A DNA stretch of 64,000 bases. It comes from Pelagomonas calceolata. Taxonomy: Eukaryota. The translations under genes were made by a program, and so were the position numbers. Position 1 is the first letter of the stretch. Every line of letters begins with the position of its first letter. The DNA lies in assembly GCA_918797485.1 (NCBI GenBank), contig CAKKNE010000006.1, forward strand, positions 2,108,001 through 2,172,000, in the 5' to 3' direction. The notes beneath the pieces were generated by a model. It did no database searches and was not told the DNA's origin. It saw only the letters and a program-made list of their open reading frames with translations. Positions 44,753 to 54,916 of the stretch are shown piece after piece.

Positions 44753-45334
44753 TCAGTGCAGCCACGCGACGTCCGGAAACAACGGCGGCAGGATGAACGT
44801 CAGCAGCAGCAAGAACGCGATCCCCGTCCTCAAATTCAAGCCGAGGCCCAATTTCGCCATTTGCACCGCCGCGGCGCCCTCTTCGACGCTCTCGAGCTCC
44901 ACATCAAAAAGTAGATCCGCGTTTCCCGGAATCTCGCCGTTCGCGCCCGCGCCCGCCGGCCCGTAGGCGAGCCGCGACGGGCAGTAGAGCGTGCGCTTGC
45001 CGCCCGCCTTCATCGTACTCACACCTTCATCCCACGCCGGTATTACACTACCTTCGCCGACCACAAATTTGAACGACCCTTTGCCTTTCGTGGAGTCGAA
45101 GACGCGGCCCGACTCCACCAATTTACCTTCGTATTGGACGACGGCGACTTTACCGCTTGACGCCGTGGCGCCCGTGCCCTCGACGAGGTCCTGGTACTTG
45201 AGGCCGGACAGCGTGACGGTCCAGCCGTCGTCGTCCGTCGTCTCCAGCGGCGCCGCGCGGCAGAGAGACTTGGTTACGTGGGTCGTGGGTGTGATGAACG
45301 CCGACGCCGTCGCGAGCAGGGCGAGGCAGCGCAT
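44753..45334 (-). CDS. FKBP-type PPIase, plastid-targeted
   Basis: ASAF presequence; SGLKYQDL, FDST, VIPAWDEG, IPGNADLLFDVEL. Confidence 0.92.
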   Translation of the reverse strand: MRCLALLATASAFITPTTHVTKSLCRAAPLETTDDDGWTVTLSGLKYQDLVEGTGATASSGKVAVVQYEGKLVESGRVFDSTKGKGSFKFVVGEGSVIPAWDEGVSTMKAGGKRTLYCPSRLAYGPAGAGANGEIPGNADLLFDVELESVEEGAAAVQMAKLGLGLNLRTGIAFLLLLTFILPPLFPDVAWLH

Positions 45335-45512
45335 CGTGTCCGAGAGGCTGCTCTCCGAGTGCTTTTGATCTGTCCTGGCGGCAGCTCTTTTTCGTGCAGG
45401 CTGGCACAGGGCTTGAATATATGCGTCGTCCGTTACTCCAAAGCAACGCTGGTGCCCTAACAGTGGCGCTAGCCTCCGATTTTACCTCGATCTTGGCAGA
45501 GCTAGGTCTCAG

Positions 45513-45535
45513 CTAGCTAGCCTGTAACACACTAG
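45513..45535 (+). promoter_or_regulatory. CTAG-box motif copy
   Basis: CTAGCTAGCCTGTAACACACTAG between divergent genes. Confidence 0.7.
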
Positions 45536-45762
45536 AAAGTAGCACTCTCTCCACTTTTGACTGCTACGCGGCCGCTGAGCATATATTTATCAAAGCGGCT
45601 CCACGTTCGAGCGGTCGTAATCATCACTTCTCGCGGACACGGTCGAAAACCGTGGTCCGCGCCGTGCTGCATACATTCCAACACCCTGCCCGGGGCAGCG
45701 GGAGCCGGCTACGCCGCCGCAGAAGTGCAGCGGGAGCTGCTACGCCGCGCAGACGTCCAAGC

Positions 45763-46152
45763 ATGGACACCAAATTCCCGGAGGACGAGACGGACCCGGC
45801 AAAGATGAAGAAGCTCCTCGCCGCCATGTCGCCGGCCCAGGAGGACCGGTTCGAGCAGGCGCGGCGGGCCCGCTTCAAGCCGAACCACCTCAAGAAGCTC
45901 GCGGTGATCGCGGACCGGGGGCCGTTGGACGATGGGGGCGCCGTCGTGCTGGCGTCGCTGGCGAAGAGTCGCGTCGCGGAGCTCGTGAGGGCGGCGCGGG
46001 AACGGAAGCCAGGCGAGGGGGCGTTATTGCCCTCTGATTATGCGGCGGCGGCGCGAGCTCTGCAACGACGAGGAAGAGTCCAGGTCGTGGGGTCGCACAA
46101 GAAGCCGCGCTTGGACGGCCCGGCCGTCGTCGACGCCGACGAGCTCCTCTAG
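45763..46152 (+). CDS. TAF11: TFIID subunit 11-like histone-fold protein
   Basis: LLAAMSPAQEDRFEQARRARF..LKKL; LASLAKSRVAELVRAA. Confidence 0.7.
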   Translation: MDTKFPEDETDPAKMKKLLAAMSPAQEDRFEQARRARFKPNHLKKLAVIADRGPLDDGGAVVLASLAKSRVAELVRAARERKPGEGALLPSDYAAAARALQRRGRVQVVGSHKKPRLDGPAVVDADELL

Positions 46153-46171
46153 TACTAGTAAAGATGTGATG

Positions 46172-46978
46172 TTAACTCGGCGGCCGCCGCGGCGCCCAGG
46201 GCCTCGCGTCGCCCATGTCCCCGACGTAGCGGACCTCGCCGGGTTGGAACGCGAGCGCGAAGTGGTCCGTGAGGCGGCGGCCCCGCAAGCTCGCCTCGAG
46301 CACCGAGAGCACGTCGCTCCCGGGCGCGACCAGGACGACGTCGTCGCAGAGCGTCGTCTCGCAGACGGAGAGGACCTCGCGCACGCGGACGTAGACGTCC
46401 TCCACGGACTCGGCGTAGCTTCCGTCTTCGGCCTCGGGCGGCTTCGCGTAGCGGCTCTTCGCGTCGTACTGGGCCCAGAGCTCCGGCACGCGCCAGAGCC
46501 CCTCGCCCTCGTGCGCGCCGTAGCCGCGCGCGTCCAGCAGGTCCGCCTCGGGCAGCAGCTTCGACGAGGGCACCGCGAGCCGCGCGCCGAGGATGTCGGC
46601 CGTCTGCTTGCAGTGGCGCGCCGTCGCGTACCGCACGACGGGCGGACCGCCCGCGTCCCCGAAGACCCGGGCGACGGCGTCGGCGGCGGCCGACGCCTGC
46701 TTGGCGCCCTCCTCGGTCAGGCCGTTCGAGAAGAGGAACTTGCGCGCGGCGTTGGTTTCGATCACGCCGTCGGCTTCCGAGCGGCTCTCGCCCGCTCGCA
46801 CCAGCACGTAGCGGTTGGTCAGCGGCTTCGTCGGTGGCAACAAAAGCAAACCGGACGCGTCCGCGGGCGCGGGTGCGGTCGTCGACGCGGCCGCGGCCGC
46901 GAGGAAGCGTCTCCTTCGAATCTCGGGACGCGCGGCCCCGGCGGCGGTGACCATTGAGAGCAGCACGAGTCGTGTCAT
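46172..46978 (-). CDS. Histidine phosphatase/phosphoglycerate-mutase-like protein, probably thylakoid lumen
   Basis: YVLVRAGES (catalytic H replaced), LTEEGAKQA, ESVEDVYVR; RRR-FL twin-arginine-like signal. Confidence 0.75.
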   Translation of the reverse strand: MTRLVLLSMVTAAGAARPEIRRRRFLAAAAASTTAPAPADASGLLLLPPTKPLTNRYVLVRAGESRSEADGVIETNAARKFLFSNGLTEEGAKQASAAADAVARVFGDAGGPPVVRYATARHCKQTADILGARLAVPSSKLLPEADLLDARGYGAHEGEGLWRVPELWAQYDAKSRYAKPPEAEDGSYAESVEDVYVRVREVLSVCETTLCDDVVLVAPGSDVLSVLEASLRGRRLTDHFALAFQPGEVRYVGDMGDARPWAPRRPPS

Positions 46979-47221
46979 GGTCCGGGGTGCATCAATATCG
47001 ATGATCAAGGGTGAACCGTGGTCCTAAAACGCTACCAGCCCGTCTTCGCGCACGAATAAATCTCGCAGAGCATTAGACACGTCAGGGCCTGTCTTTCAAA
47101 TATTTGCACCACTGACGCCTGATCCATTGGCAGGAGTGCACCAGTGCTGTCTTTTCTCGCAACGCAGCGTCCCTGCAGCGTCGGTCAGCCGCTGCACGCG
47201 CCGAGCACGCTGCCAATCGGC

Positions 47222-47242
47222 CTAGCGCCAGTAAGACACTAG
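47222..47242 (+). promoter_or_regulatory. CTAG-box motif copy
   Basis: CTAGCGCCAGTAAGACACTAG between divergent genes. Confidence 0.75.
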
Positions 47243-47414
47243 CAAGATTTTTCCTCCTTTCCTCCCGACTCCCGAGGGACTGTACAGGGCGCTGTGCTTA
47301 TGCGAAGGGCTAGGGACTAGATCCCGGACAGTATAGGCTGCCCCGGTGGCCCAGGTCCCCGTTACGCTGTCGAGGCGACCAGCACCAGCCGCCGCAACGC
47401 CGGCCAGCGACCAA

Positions 47415-47567
47415 ATGTACAAGTACGCCTCGACCTGGCCCGCGCTGAGCCGCCTGCTGGGGTCCTGGGCCAACAACTGCGGCCTGACGGCCTGCATGCC
47501 GCCGCCCATGACGCCGAACTTGGCCGACGACTTCCTGTCCGAGGACGAAAGCTCAGACGACGAGTAG
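47415..47567 (+). CDS. 50-aa upstream ORF abutting the next gene in frame
   Basis: CAAATG start, strong GC3 bias, TAG directly followed by ATG 47568. Confidence 0.45.
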   Translation: MYKYASTWPALSRLLGSWANNCGLTACMPPPMTPNLADDFLSEDESSDDE

Positions 47568-48197
47568 ATGGAGTACGTGTCCGGTTTGTTTTGCGCGACG
47601 AACTACTCGTGCGTGCGCTGCGCCTGCGTCGACGACCTGGACGAGGCCGACGACTTTGATAGATTGCGAGCCTACGCCGTGAGCAGGTTGGGGGCGCCGC
47701 CAGAGGACGACGAAGGCGAGGCGTCGGGCTGCGTCACGAGGGTCGTGAGCGAGCCCGTGGACGAACAGGAGTTCGCCCAGGTCTTCCGGCGCGTCTTAGA
47801 AAGACGTGGCTGGCCGGTGGCGAAGTACGGCCGCGGGAGAGCCTTGAGGCGCTGCCTCAAGGTCTTCGCCGCCGCGGACGGCTCCCTCCGCCTCGAATGG
47901 GGCTCGCGCAAAAATAACAGCGACGCGGCCCGCAGCGTCCTCCTCACGGAGATCGTGGATATCTCACGTGTTATTTTTGAAGACGCGCCGCTGGACGCGG
48001 ACCCGCAGATGGCTTTATGCTTCAACGTCGGGGATACCGCTGCTTTGAAGATCTTGGCGGACACTGTAACCGACGCGACTATTCTGGCGTACGGCTTCGG
48101 CTTACTCGTCGACGAAGCTCGCGCGCGACGGCAGAACCCCGTCGACGCCGACGGGTTCCCGACGATTCGAGTGGGCGAGGACCTCGTTTCTCCATAA
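47568..48197 (+). CDS. PH-like domain protein (PLC-type PH)
   Basis: GWPVAKYGRGR..RRCL...LEWGSRK...VLLTEIVDI...CF. Confidence 0.6.
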   Translation: MEYVSGLFCATNYSCVRCACVDDLDEADDFDRLRAYAVSRLGAPPEDDEGEASGCVTRVVSEPVDEQEFAQVFRRVLERRGWPVAKYGRGRALRRCLKVFAAADGSLRLEWGSRKNNSDAARSVLLTEIVDISRVIFEDAPLDADPQMALCFNVGDTAALKILADTVTDATILAYGFGLLVDEARARRQNPVDADGFPTIRVGEDLVSP

Positions 48198-48211
48198 GTG
48201 GTATCATTTAC

Positions 48212-48751
48212 TCATCGCAGCCCCCCGCCCCGCGCGACGCCGATGACCTCGTCCAGCGACCCCTTCGCCTTCGCGAGGAACGACTTCGCCTGCCGCACGT
48301 CCCCGTTGTCCAGTGCTTCAGAGAGGCCGCCCGTCATGATGATGACGTCGGCCGCGACGCCGTATCTGCGGATCGTCCCGATCGCCTTCTTGTCCTCCAC
48401 AGTCAGGACCGGAGCTTGCACGATAATCGTCGCGTTTTCCTCGAACGCGACCAAGGGCGGCGCCTGGAGCGCGGCCGCGGCCTTTTCCAGGTCGCCGCCC
48501 GCAAGAGGCTTGTCGACGGCGTCGAGCGCCGCGCGCGCCGCCTTCAGCTCGCCGAACGCCTTCTGCGCGTCAGCCGCACTGTACTTCTTCGACGCCGCAT
48601 GCGCGGGGGCCACGGCAATCAAGGGCGGCACGACCACCGGCGCGCTGAACGCGTGCAGCTGCAACGCGCGCCGCCGCGAGACGTCGACGTCGACGCAGCT
48701 GGCGCACAGCAGGGTAATGGACGCAGCGGTAGCTTTAAGTGCATGCATCAT
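48212..48751 (-). CDS. Probable thylakoid-lumen helical-bundle (PsbQ-like) protein
   Basis: Signal peptide, SRRRAL twin-Arg and PAHA cleavage site; helical body. Confidence 0.55.
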   Translation of the reverse strand: MMHALKATAASITLLCASCVDVDVSRRRALQLHAFSAPVVVPPLIAVAPAHAASKKYSAADAQKAFGELKAARAALDAVDKPLAGGDLEKAAAALQAPPLVAFEENATIIVQAPVLTVEDKKAIGTIRRYGVAADVIIMTGGLSEALDNGDVRQAKSFLAKAKGSLDEVIGVARGGGLR

Positions 48752-48904
48752 TTTTTCGTTGCTGAATTCGACTGCTCTGCGTCCACAGCCTTTGCAGCGG
48801 ATGTTGTCCGCGGGTCTCGAGAGCATAAAGTGCAGCGTTCACGCGTAATGAACACGTCTACGCTGATCTCTCTCCTTGCAGAGCCGGGAGGTGCGCTGTG
48901 AAAA

Positions 48905-48924
48905 CTAGGATGTCAAGACGCTAG
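48905..48924 (+). promoter_or_regulatory. Degenerate CTAG-box motif copy
   Basis: CTAGGATGTCAAGACGCTAG between divergent genes. Confidence 0.45.
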
Positions 48925-49122
48925 CTGGATGCGAGCCCCGGCGCGGATACGACGCTGTCCTCCCGGAGAAATTGTGCCGTGCGGTGGCCTCCAACAGCGA
49001 TTGATCGATTTGACGAGCCGGAGGATTGTAAAGCGCCTAGGCACTTGCAAAGCAGGGAGAGCTTGCCACAAAGCCAGGGAGAGCGATTCACAGCGCCACA
49101 CGCCATCGCCGCGACGCGTGCC

Positions 49123-50340
49123 ATGGCGGACGCAGAACAGCTAGCAAGGGCCATCTGCGAGACCTGCGCCCAGCTCCACCAACCAAATGCACCACTGCAC
49201 GACATCGCCGCCGCCAACCTACGGCTCATCCAGCTCTGCGAGCACGAGCAGGCGCCGCAGGCGTGCCTGCTCATCGTGCGGCACGGCGGCCAGCTCGCGG
49301 CACAGGGCGCGCCGATCCACGCCTGCGCGCTGGCGGCCGGGAAAGTAGAACGAGCGTGCCGCGAGCGGATCGTCGGCGGCGACGACGCGTTCGCGCTGCT
49401 GGAGCAGCTCGCAAAGGACGAGGCGGGCGACGCCTGCGCCGGCGCCGTCTGCGCGGCCGTGGCCTTTTGGTGCGTCGAGAGCGGGCAAGAAGTGAATGCG
49501 CTCGACCGTTGCGCCGCGCGGCCGGTGCTGCTCGCGACGGCAATCGCGGACGAATTGGCGCGGCGAGATATGATGAGGGACGCCGCCGGCGCCTGGCGCG
49601 CCGTCGCGCGCGCCGCGCCGCCGGTAGCAAAGCTCGCGCGGTGTGTCCAGGCCTGGGCGGCCTGCGGCGCGCGGCTCCGGGGCGCGCCTCCTGCGGTGCT
49701 CGGGGCGCTCCTCGAGGCGGCGATCGGCGGCGACGCGGACGCGACGGGTGCGCTCTGCGCCCTCGTCGAGGCGGAGCCCCCGCTGCCCCCGGCCGACGCC
49801 GTGGCGCCCTACCACACGCTCGTGGCGCTCGCGGTCGCGCCGACGGACGCCGCCGCGGCCGCCGACGCGCGCGCTTCGTTAGCCGCCGCGCTCCTGACGC
49901 TGCTGGCGGCGCCCGTCGCGGCGCAGATGGAGCGCGGCTCGCCCGTCGGCGCGGGCCTGCTCGAGGGCCTCGTCCGGGGCGTCGGCGCCGCGCCGCCCAA
50001 CGTCGCGTCGACGTGCACGGACGCAATGGTTGGCTTCCTCGACGCGCTGCCGGACCGGTCGTCGTTCGCGCCGCCGTGGCGCCGCCCGCTCGCGTCGGCC
50101 GTCGTCCGCGCCGCCGCGGCGCGCGCGTCGGACGCGTTCTACGCTTCGGGCCGGTCCTTCGAGGACCGCGACGACGCGACGTTCAACCGCCTCTACCACG
50201 CGGGGCCGTGCCTCTACCAGCTCGCGCTCGCCCTGGACGAGACGGACGTGACCGAGGGCGAGCTGCTCGCGAGCGCGCCGTGGCTCGAAGAGGCCGTGGA
50301 GGCCGTCCTCGGCGAAGAGGAGGAGGAGGATTCGGAATAG
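49123..50340 (+). CDS. Alpha-helical repeat protein (importin-beta-like N-terminus)
   Basis: AAANLRLIQL..EQAPQAC..I N-terminal pattern; Ala/Leu-rich helices. Confidence 0.55.
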   Translation: MADAEQLARAICETCAQLHQPNAPLHDIAAANLRLIQLCEHEQAPQACLLIVRHGGQLAAQGAPIHACALAAGKVERACRERIVGGDDAFALLEQLAKDEAGDACAGAVCAAVAFWCVESGQEVNALDRCAARPVLLATAIADELARRDMMRDAAGAWRAVARAAPPVAKLARCVQAWAACGARLRGAPPAVLGALLEAAIGGDADATGALCALVEAEPPLPPADAVAPYHTLVALAVAPTDAAAAADARASLAAALLTLLAAPVAAQMERGSPVGAGLLEGLVRGVGAAPPNVASTCTDAMVGFLDALPDRSSFAPPWRRPLASAVVRAAAARASDAFYASGRSFEDRDDATFNRLYHAGPCLYQLALALDETDVTEGELLASAPWLEEAVEAVLGEEEEEDSE

Positions 50341-50426
50341 TAGTTTTGTGTTGTAAGTGTGCTCGGTTCGTTTTTTCAAGTTAACGGTCCCCACTAATGC
50401 CACGCCCACAACGGAACACGCGGCGC

Positions 50427-52880
50427 CTACTTGCGGCTGCGGCGCGTGGCCTTGAGCGCCGCGCTGAGCTGCTCCGCCTCAGTCGGCGGCGCGGGCGCCG
50501 CCGGCTCCTCGGGCGCCGGGGCCGGCTCGGGCTCCGGAGCCGGAGCGGGCGCCGGAGCGGGCGCGGGCGCGGGCGCCGGTGCCTTCGCCTTCGGCGCCGG
50601 AGCGGCCTTGGCCTTGGCCGCCTTCGCGGCGTCGGCGGCCGCCTTTTTGTCGGCCGCAGCTTTCTTCGAGGCAGCAGCTTTATCGGCCGCGGCTTGCTTG
50701 GCGGCAGCAGCTTTATCGGCCGCCGCCTTAGCCTTCTGAGCGCTTGCCTGCTTCGCGGCCGCGGCCTGGTCGGCCTTGGCCTTGGCCGCGGCGGCGGCCT
50801 TGTCGGCAGAGGCCTTCTTCGCGGCCGTGGCTTTATCGGCGGCGGCTTGCTTCGCGGCGGCGGCTTTATCGGCAGCAGCTTGCTTCGACGCAGCAGCAGC
50901 TTCCTTAGCCTTGGCGGCCTTCGCGTCGGCGGCTTGCTTGGCCGCGGCGGCTTTGTCGGCCTGAGCTTGCTTCGCGGCGGCTGCCTTCTCCGCGGCGGCC
51001 GCCGCCTTCTGCTTCTGGGCGTCCTGGCCAGCGCTAGCCTTGAGCGCGGCGGCCTCGCGCTTCGCCGCGGCGGCTTCCTTGGACGCCTGGGCCTTCTTCT
51101 CGGCGGCGGCCTTCGCGGCGTCCTTCGCGGCGGCCGCCTTCTGCGCGGCGGCGTCCTTCGAGGCGGCGGAGGCTTTGGCTGCCTCGGCCTTCTTGGCAGA
51201 CCTGCGTGGAAATTAACCATTGAGTCAGGGTATCCCGAGAATTATCGCTGAGACCGTCGCTGTCACATGGCAATGCCGCGTGGGGCTCCTGAAATTTGAT
51301 TTCCGCACAGTGGCTGACGCAGCGGCGGCGGCGTCTTTCTTCTTCTGGGCGGCGGCGTCGGCGGCCGCTTGCTTCTTGGCGTCGGCAGCCGACTTCGCCT
51401 CGGCGGCCTTCGCGGCGGCCTCGACCTTCTTGGCTTCCGCCGCCTTCGCGGCTTCGGTTTTTTTCGCGTCCGCGGCGGCCTTCGCGCTCTTCGCAGCTTC
51501 GGCCTTCTCGAAGGCGGCGTTGGCAGCCTTCTCCTTGGCCGCGGCGGCCTTCTCGGCGGCGGCGACCTTGGCGGCCTCCTTCGCTTCCGCAGCCTTCGCC
51601 TTCTGCTCGGCGGCGGCGGCCTTGGCGTCAGCTTCTTTAGCCTTCGCGGCGGCGTCGGCGGCGACCTTCTCCTCGGCGACGGCGGCGGCCTTGTCGGCCG
51701 TCGCGGCGGCCTCGTCGGCCTTGACAGCGGCGTCGTCGGCCTTGGGCGCGTCGGCGCTGCCCGCCGCGTCGGCGGCGGCGGCCGTGGCCTCCGCCTTCGA
51801 CGCGGACGCGTCGGCCTTGGACGCCTTGCGCTCCGCGATCTTCGCGGCCTTGCCGTCGGCCGCGTCCTGCTTCGCCTTCGCGGCGGCTTCCTTGGCCGCG
51901 GCAGCTTTCTCTTTCTTGGCCTGGGCCTTGGCCTGGGCCGCGGCCCGGGCCTCGCCGGCGTCGGCCTTCGTCGCCGACTTGGGCAGCTCGATGCCGCCGA
52001 GCTTGGGCAGCTCGAGCTTCGGCAGGGACGGGCCCTTGGCCTCGGCCTTCTTGCCGCCCTTGGCCGGCGGCGCGGGTTTCAATGCTTCCGTGATGGGCCC
52101 CACCGCAAACAACCCGGCCAGCGCCGTCGCGGCGACGGCCGGCGCGCCGAAGACCACGACCTTCTGGAACTCCGTGAGCTCCTGCGACCCGCGCGCCTGG
52201 ATGGCCTCCTGCTGCTCCTGCTCGCGCTTCTTCTTGTTCTGCTCCAGGATGCCGCGCGCGCCCACCAAGCCGAGGACGGGCAGCGCCGCGAACGGCGCCG
52301 CGCCAAGGAGCTCGGCCTCGACTTTGGTGGTCGAGTCGAGCTCGGGGCCGAGCGACCGCCGCGCGGGCGGCGGCGGCGGCGGCGGCGGCGCGCGCGCGCC
52401 GCCCTTGGGCTTCGCGCCCTTGCCCTTGGCCGGCGCCGGCGCCGGCGCGGGCGCGGGCGCCGGCGCGGGCGCCGCGAAGGGGTTCGGCGGCGCGGGCACG
52501 GAGGGCAGCGCGAGGCCCTTCTTCTTGCCCGAGCCCTTGCCCTCGTTGAAGACGCCGAAGGTCTTGACCTGTGTGTGTGTTGCGTGACGCGTCGACGGCG
52601 CCTCGCCTCCCAAACTCTACGGGCGCGTAGGCGGCCGGGCGACGCCCTCGGTTCGGGCCGCGACGCGTCGCGTCGACGGCGGACGAGCCGTCGCGAGCGC
52701 CACAGCTGCCAAACTCCGCGGAGAGCGCTCTCACGGACGAACACCGTCGCCGCGACATCTGCAAGCTTAACCTTCCCAGGACGCCGAGATTCTCACCGCT
52801 TGCCGCGCCGCCTGGGACGGGCCCGGCGCGACGAATGCGCTCGCCGTGGCCGCGACGGCAGCACAGACAATGAGCCTCAT
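50427..52880 (-). CDS. Plastid-targeted Ala/Lys-rich (TolA-like low-complexity) membrane protein; exons 52880-52797, 52568-51319, 51201-50427
   Basis: MRLIVCAAVAATASAFVAP presequence; both introns restore frame; two hydrophobic segments then long AADKQAAA-type repeats. Confidence 0.8.
51202..51318 (-). mobile_element. Introner: 109-bp TIR element plus one 8-bp TSD copy forming a GT-AG intron
   Basis: TSD GTCAGCCA/GTCTGCCA; TIRs CTGTGCGGAAATCAA and CTGCGTGGAAATTAA; removal restores frame. Confidence 0.88.
52569..52796 (-). mobile_element. Introner-like GT-AG intron (family B)
   Basis: GTGAGAAT then CTCGGCGTCC at +9 as in 10737..10869; CGCCGTCGACGCG motifs; ACACAG acceptor. Confidence 0.7.
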
Positions 52881-53481
52881 GATTACAGCCTGTCTGCGAG
52901 CAAACTCCTCGCGATTTGGGCTCACACCCACGAGCTATGCAACTGGCTGGCCGCTCGCGCTGGCTCCAGCTGCAACCGGCACCGATTCGCGCGCCTAAGC
53001 GACGTCGCAAAACGATGATGCTGCAAGCAAAGCTTGACGCCAAATCGATAGCCGAGCGCGGGGCCGCGAGGCGCGCCGCATCACTCCCGGCACTTGTTCG
53101 ATGGGTCTAGGCCGGGCACCGCGGAGAAACGGAGCTTTAGCTGCCCTGGAGCCGCAAAATGGCCACTCGTCGACAAAGCACCACGAACACCCCAGTTCGT
53201 ACTCGTGCATACGTCCCACGGGCCGGAGAGACGCCTAGCGCGATCCGTGCGCTAGACTGCTCGCGGTGGTGCGAGACTGCAGGGCATTTGGCGGCGCGCG
53301 GCGACTTTATTGCAAGGCAGCGCTCGTCAACATCGATAATTGCTGCAAACAACACGAGCGGAGCCAGCTGTGCAGTTGATCCGCCCCACGTAGCTCAATT
53401 GCGTCTGCTGGCAGCAGCATCGCAGCACTGCGCAGCACTGCGCATCGACGCCGCGGCGCGATTGCGAAGATCGCTCCGACA

Positions 53482-54879
53482 ATGATGCTCCTCCTGCTCC
53501 TCCTCCACGCCGCCGCGGCGAAAATAAGAGGAGTGCAGGTCCTCGCCGTCGGCACGAAGCCTAGTTTGGGCGGCCCGCTGCAGACGCCGGCCGCCCAGAA
53601 GGCCCAGGACAAAGATATAAAATACATAAAGAAGAAGAAACCGCGGCAGGCGCTCGCCCACGACGCGGCGCGCTGGTTCGGGAGCCGCGGCTATGTTGTG
53701 GATGATGTCGGAGTCAACACCCAAACAGTGGGAGACGACGAGCTCGTGGTGCTCTCGGCGCGGGTCCTGCCCTGCGGTCCCATCCGACTACGAGCGGCGA
53801 ACGGCACTCATGTAAGGACGAAGCCGGGGACGGTCGCGCGCGCGCTGGGCTTGAGAAAAGGCCAGCCGTTCCGCTGGGACCCTACGAGGCTGGCAGCGTT
53901 GATACGGGAAGATGGTGGTCTTTTTAGGGCCGAGGCGACGCGGGCGCGAGCCTCCGTGGAGGACGGGGTCGTGGCTTTGGATTTAACTGTCGCGGAGCCC
54001 TCGTACCGCACGATCACGCCCGAGCTCGATGTCGACGCGGACCGGGCGCGGGTCTTCCTGCGCGTGCAGGACCGCAATCTGTTGGGACTGGGCTGCGAAG
54101 GGGAGGTCGAGGCGAGCTGTACAAGGCGGTGCATAAATCAACCAGTGAGTCGGTTGCGTCGATGGCGTGGAGGTCGACGCGACGATTCAGCTCGAATGCG
54201 ACGTGAAATTTTGATTTATGGCACAGGTACGAGGAAAGAGGCGCCCGAGCTTGCGGCTTCGTTGGCGCACCGCGGGTTGAACGGGCGGGGCTGGTCGGCT
54301 CGTTTAAAACCGCTCGGCCTGAAGTCTCTGAGTACGCAGTTCGACGGACGGCGCGCGAACACGCTGGTGGATGTAGAAGAAGTCCAGGACGGCGCGATCT
54401 CGTCACTCACGCTCGCGAAGCGACGCTTCGGCAGCGCCTGGCGCCTCCAGCTGGGCCAGCGGTCGCGCCTGGGGCCCTTCGGCAAGGTCGGTCTGGCCTT
54501 GAAGCGGGGACCGTTCGAAACTTACGCGAGCGTGGGCCGGGGCAAGCCGCTCCAAGAGCGGGGCCTCGCGGCGCCGCGGCTCTACGAGCACGTCGGGAAG
54601 GATCGGAAGGACGCCCTGGCCGATGAATTTGATGGTGGTCTGATCGGCGCGCGCGTCGAGGTCGACCGGAGCGTGCGGGACGGTTTCCTGAGCGTCTTCG
54701 CGGACGCGTGCGCCGCCAAGGACTGGGGCGCTGAACGAGTGACGGACGCGGCCTACGGCGTCTCCGCGAGCTACTCGCTGCTGCGCGTGGACGTGACGAA
54801 GCGGCTGTTCGGGGGCAAGGCGCGGCCCGCGGTGACTTTGAGACTTGCGGACGGCGTGGGAGGCGTCCGGTGCCCTTGA
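53482..54879 (+). CDS. Omp85/BamA-like protein (POTRA plus beta-barrel-like), divergent; in-frame intron 54119..54226
   Basis: RTKPGTVARALGLRKGQPF, GLF, LDLTVAE POTRA pattern; DRNLLGLG barrel start; signal peptide. Confidence 0.65.
   Translation: MMLLLLLLHAAAAKIRGVQVLAVGTKPSLGGPLQTPAAQKAQDKDIKYIKKKKPRQALAHDAARWFGSRGYVVDDVGVNTQTVGDDELVVLSARVLPCGPIRLRAANGTHVRTKPGTVARALGLRKGQPFRWDPTRLAALIREDGGLFRAEATRARASVEDGVVALDLTVAEPSYRTITPELDVDADRARVFLRVQDRNLLGLGCEGEVEASCTRRCINQPVSRLRRWRGGRRDDSARMRREILIYGTGTRKEAPELAASLAHRGLNGRGWSARLKPLGLKSLSTQFDGRRANTLVDVEEVQDGAISSLTLAKRRFGSAWRLQLGQRSRLGPFGKVGLALKRGPFETYASVGRGKPLQERGLAAPRLYEHVGKDRKDALADEFDGGLIGARVEVDRSVRDGFLSVFADACAAKDWGAERVTDAAYGVSASYSLLRVDVTKRLFGGKARPAVTLRLADGVGGVRCP
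54119..54226 (+). mobile_element. Introner: TIR element with 8-bp TSD forming a 108-nt stop-free GT-AG intron
   Basis: TSD GTACAAGG/GTACGAGG; ends CGGTGCATAAATCAA and (reverse complement) CTGTGCCATAAATCAA; internal GCGTCGA...TCGACGC hairpin. Confidence 0.85.
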
Positions 54880-54894
54880 CCTAGGACGGTTAGT

Positions 54895-54916
54895 CTAGCG
54901 GCCTGTAAGACACTAG
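54895..54916 (+). promoter_or_regulatory. CTAG-box motif copy (consensus)
   Basis: CTAGCGGCCTGTAAGACACTAG ~160 nt upstream of aroB; exact reverse complement of 28651..28672. Confidence 0.75.

Noticed and set aside
50381..53043. Multiple overlapping Arg-rich or Ala-rich ORFs on both strands
   Set aside because: These are artefacts of the low-complexity, spliced minus-strand gene.
53235..53255. CTAG-N13-CTAG pairs here and at 37752..37772 as motif copies
   Set aside because: The spacing fits but the GTAAGACA core is absent; too weak to call.
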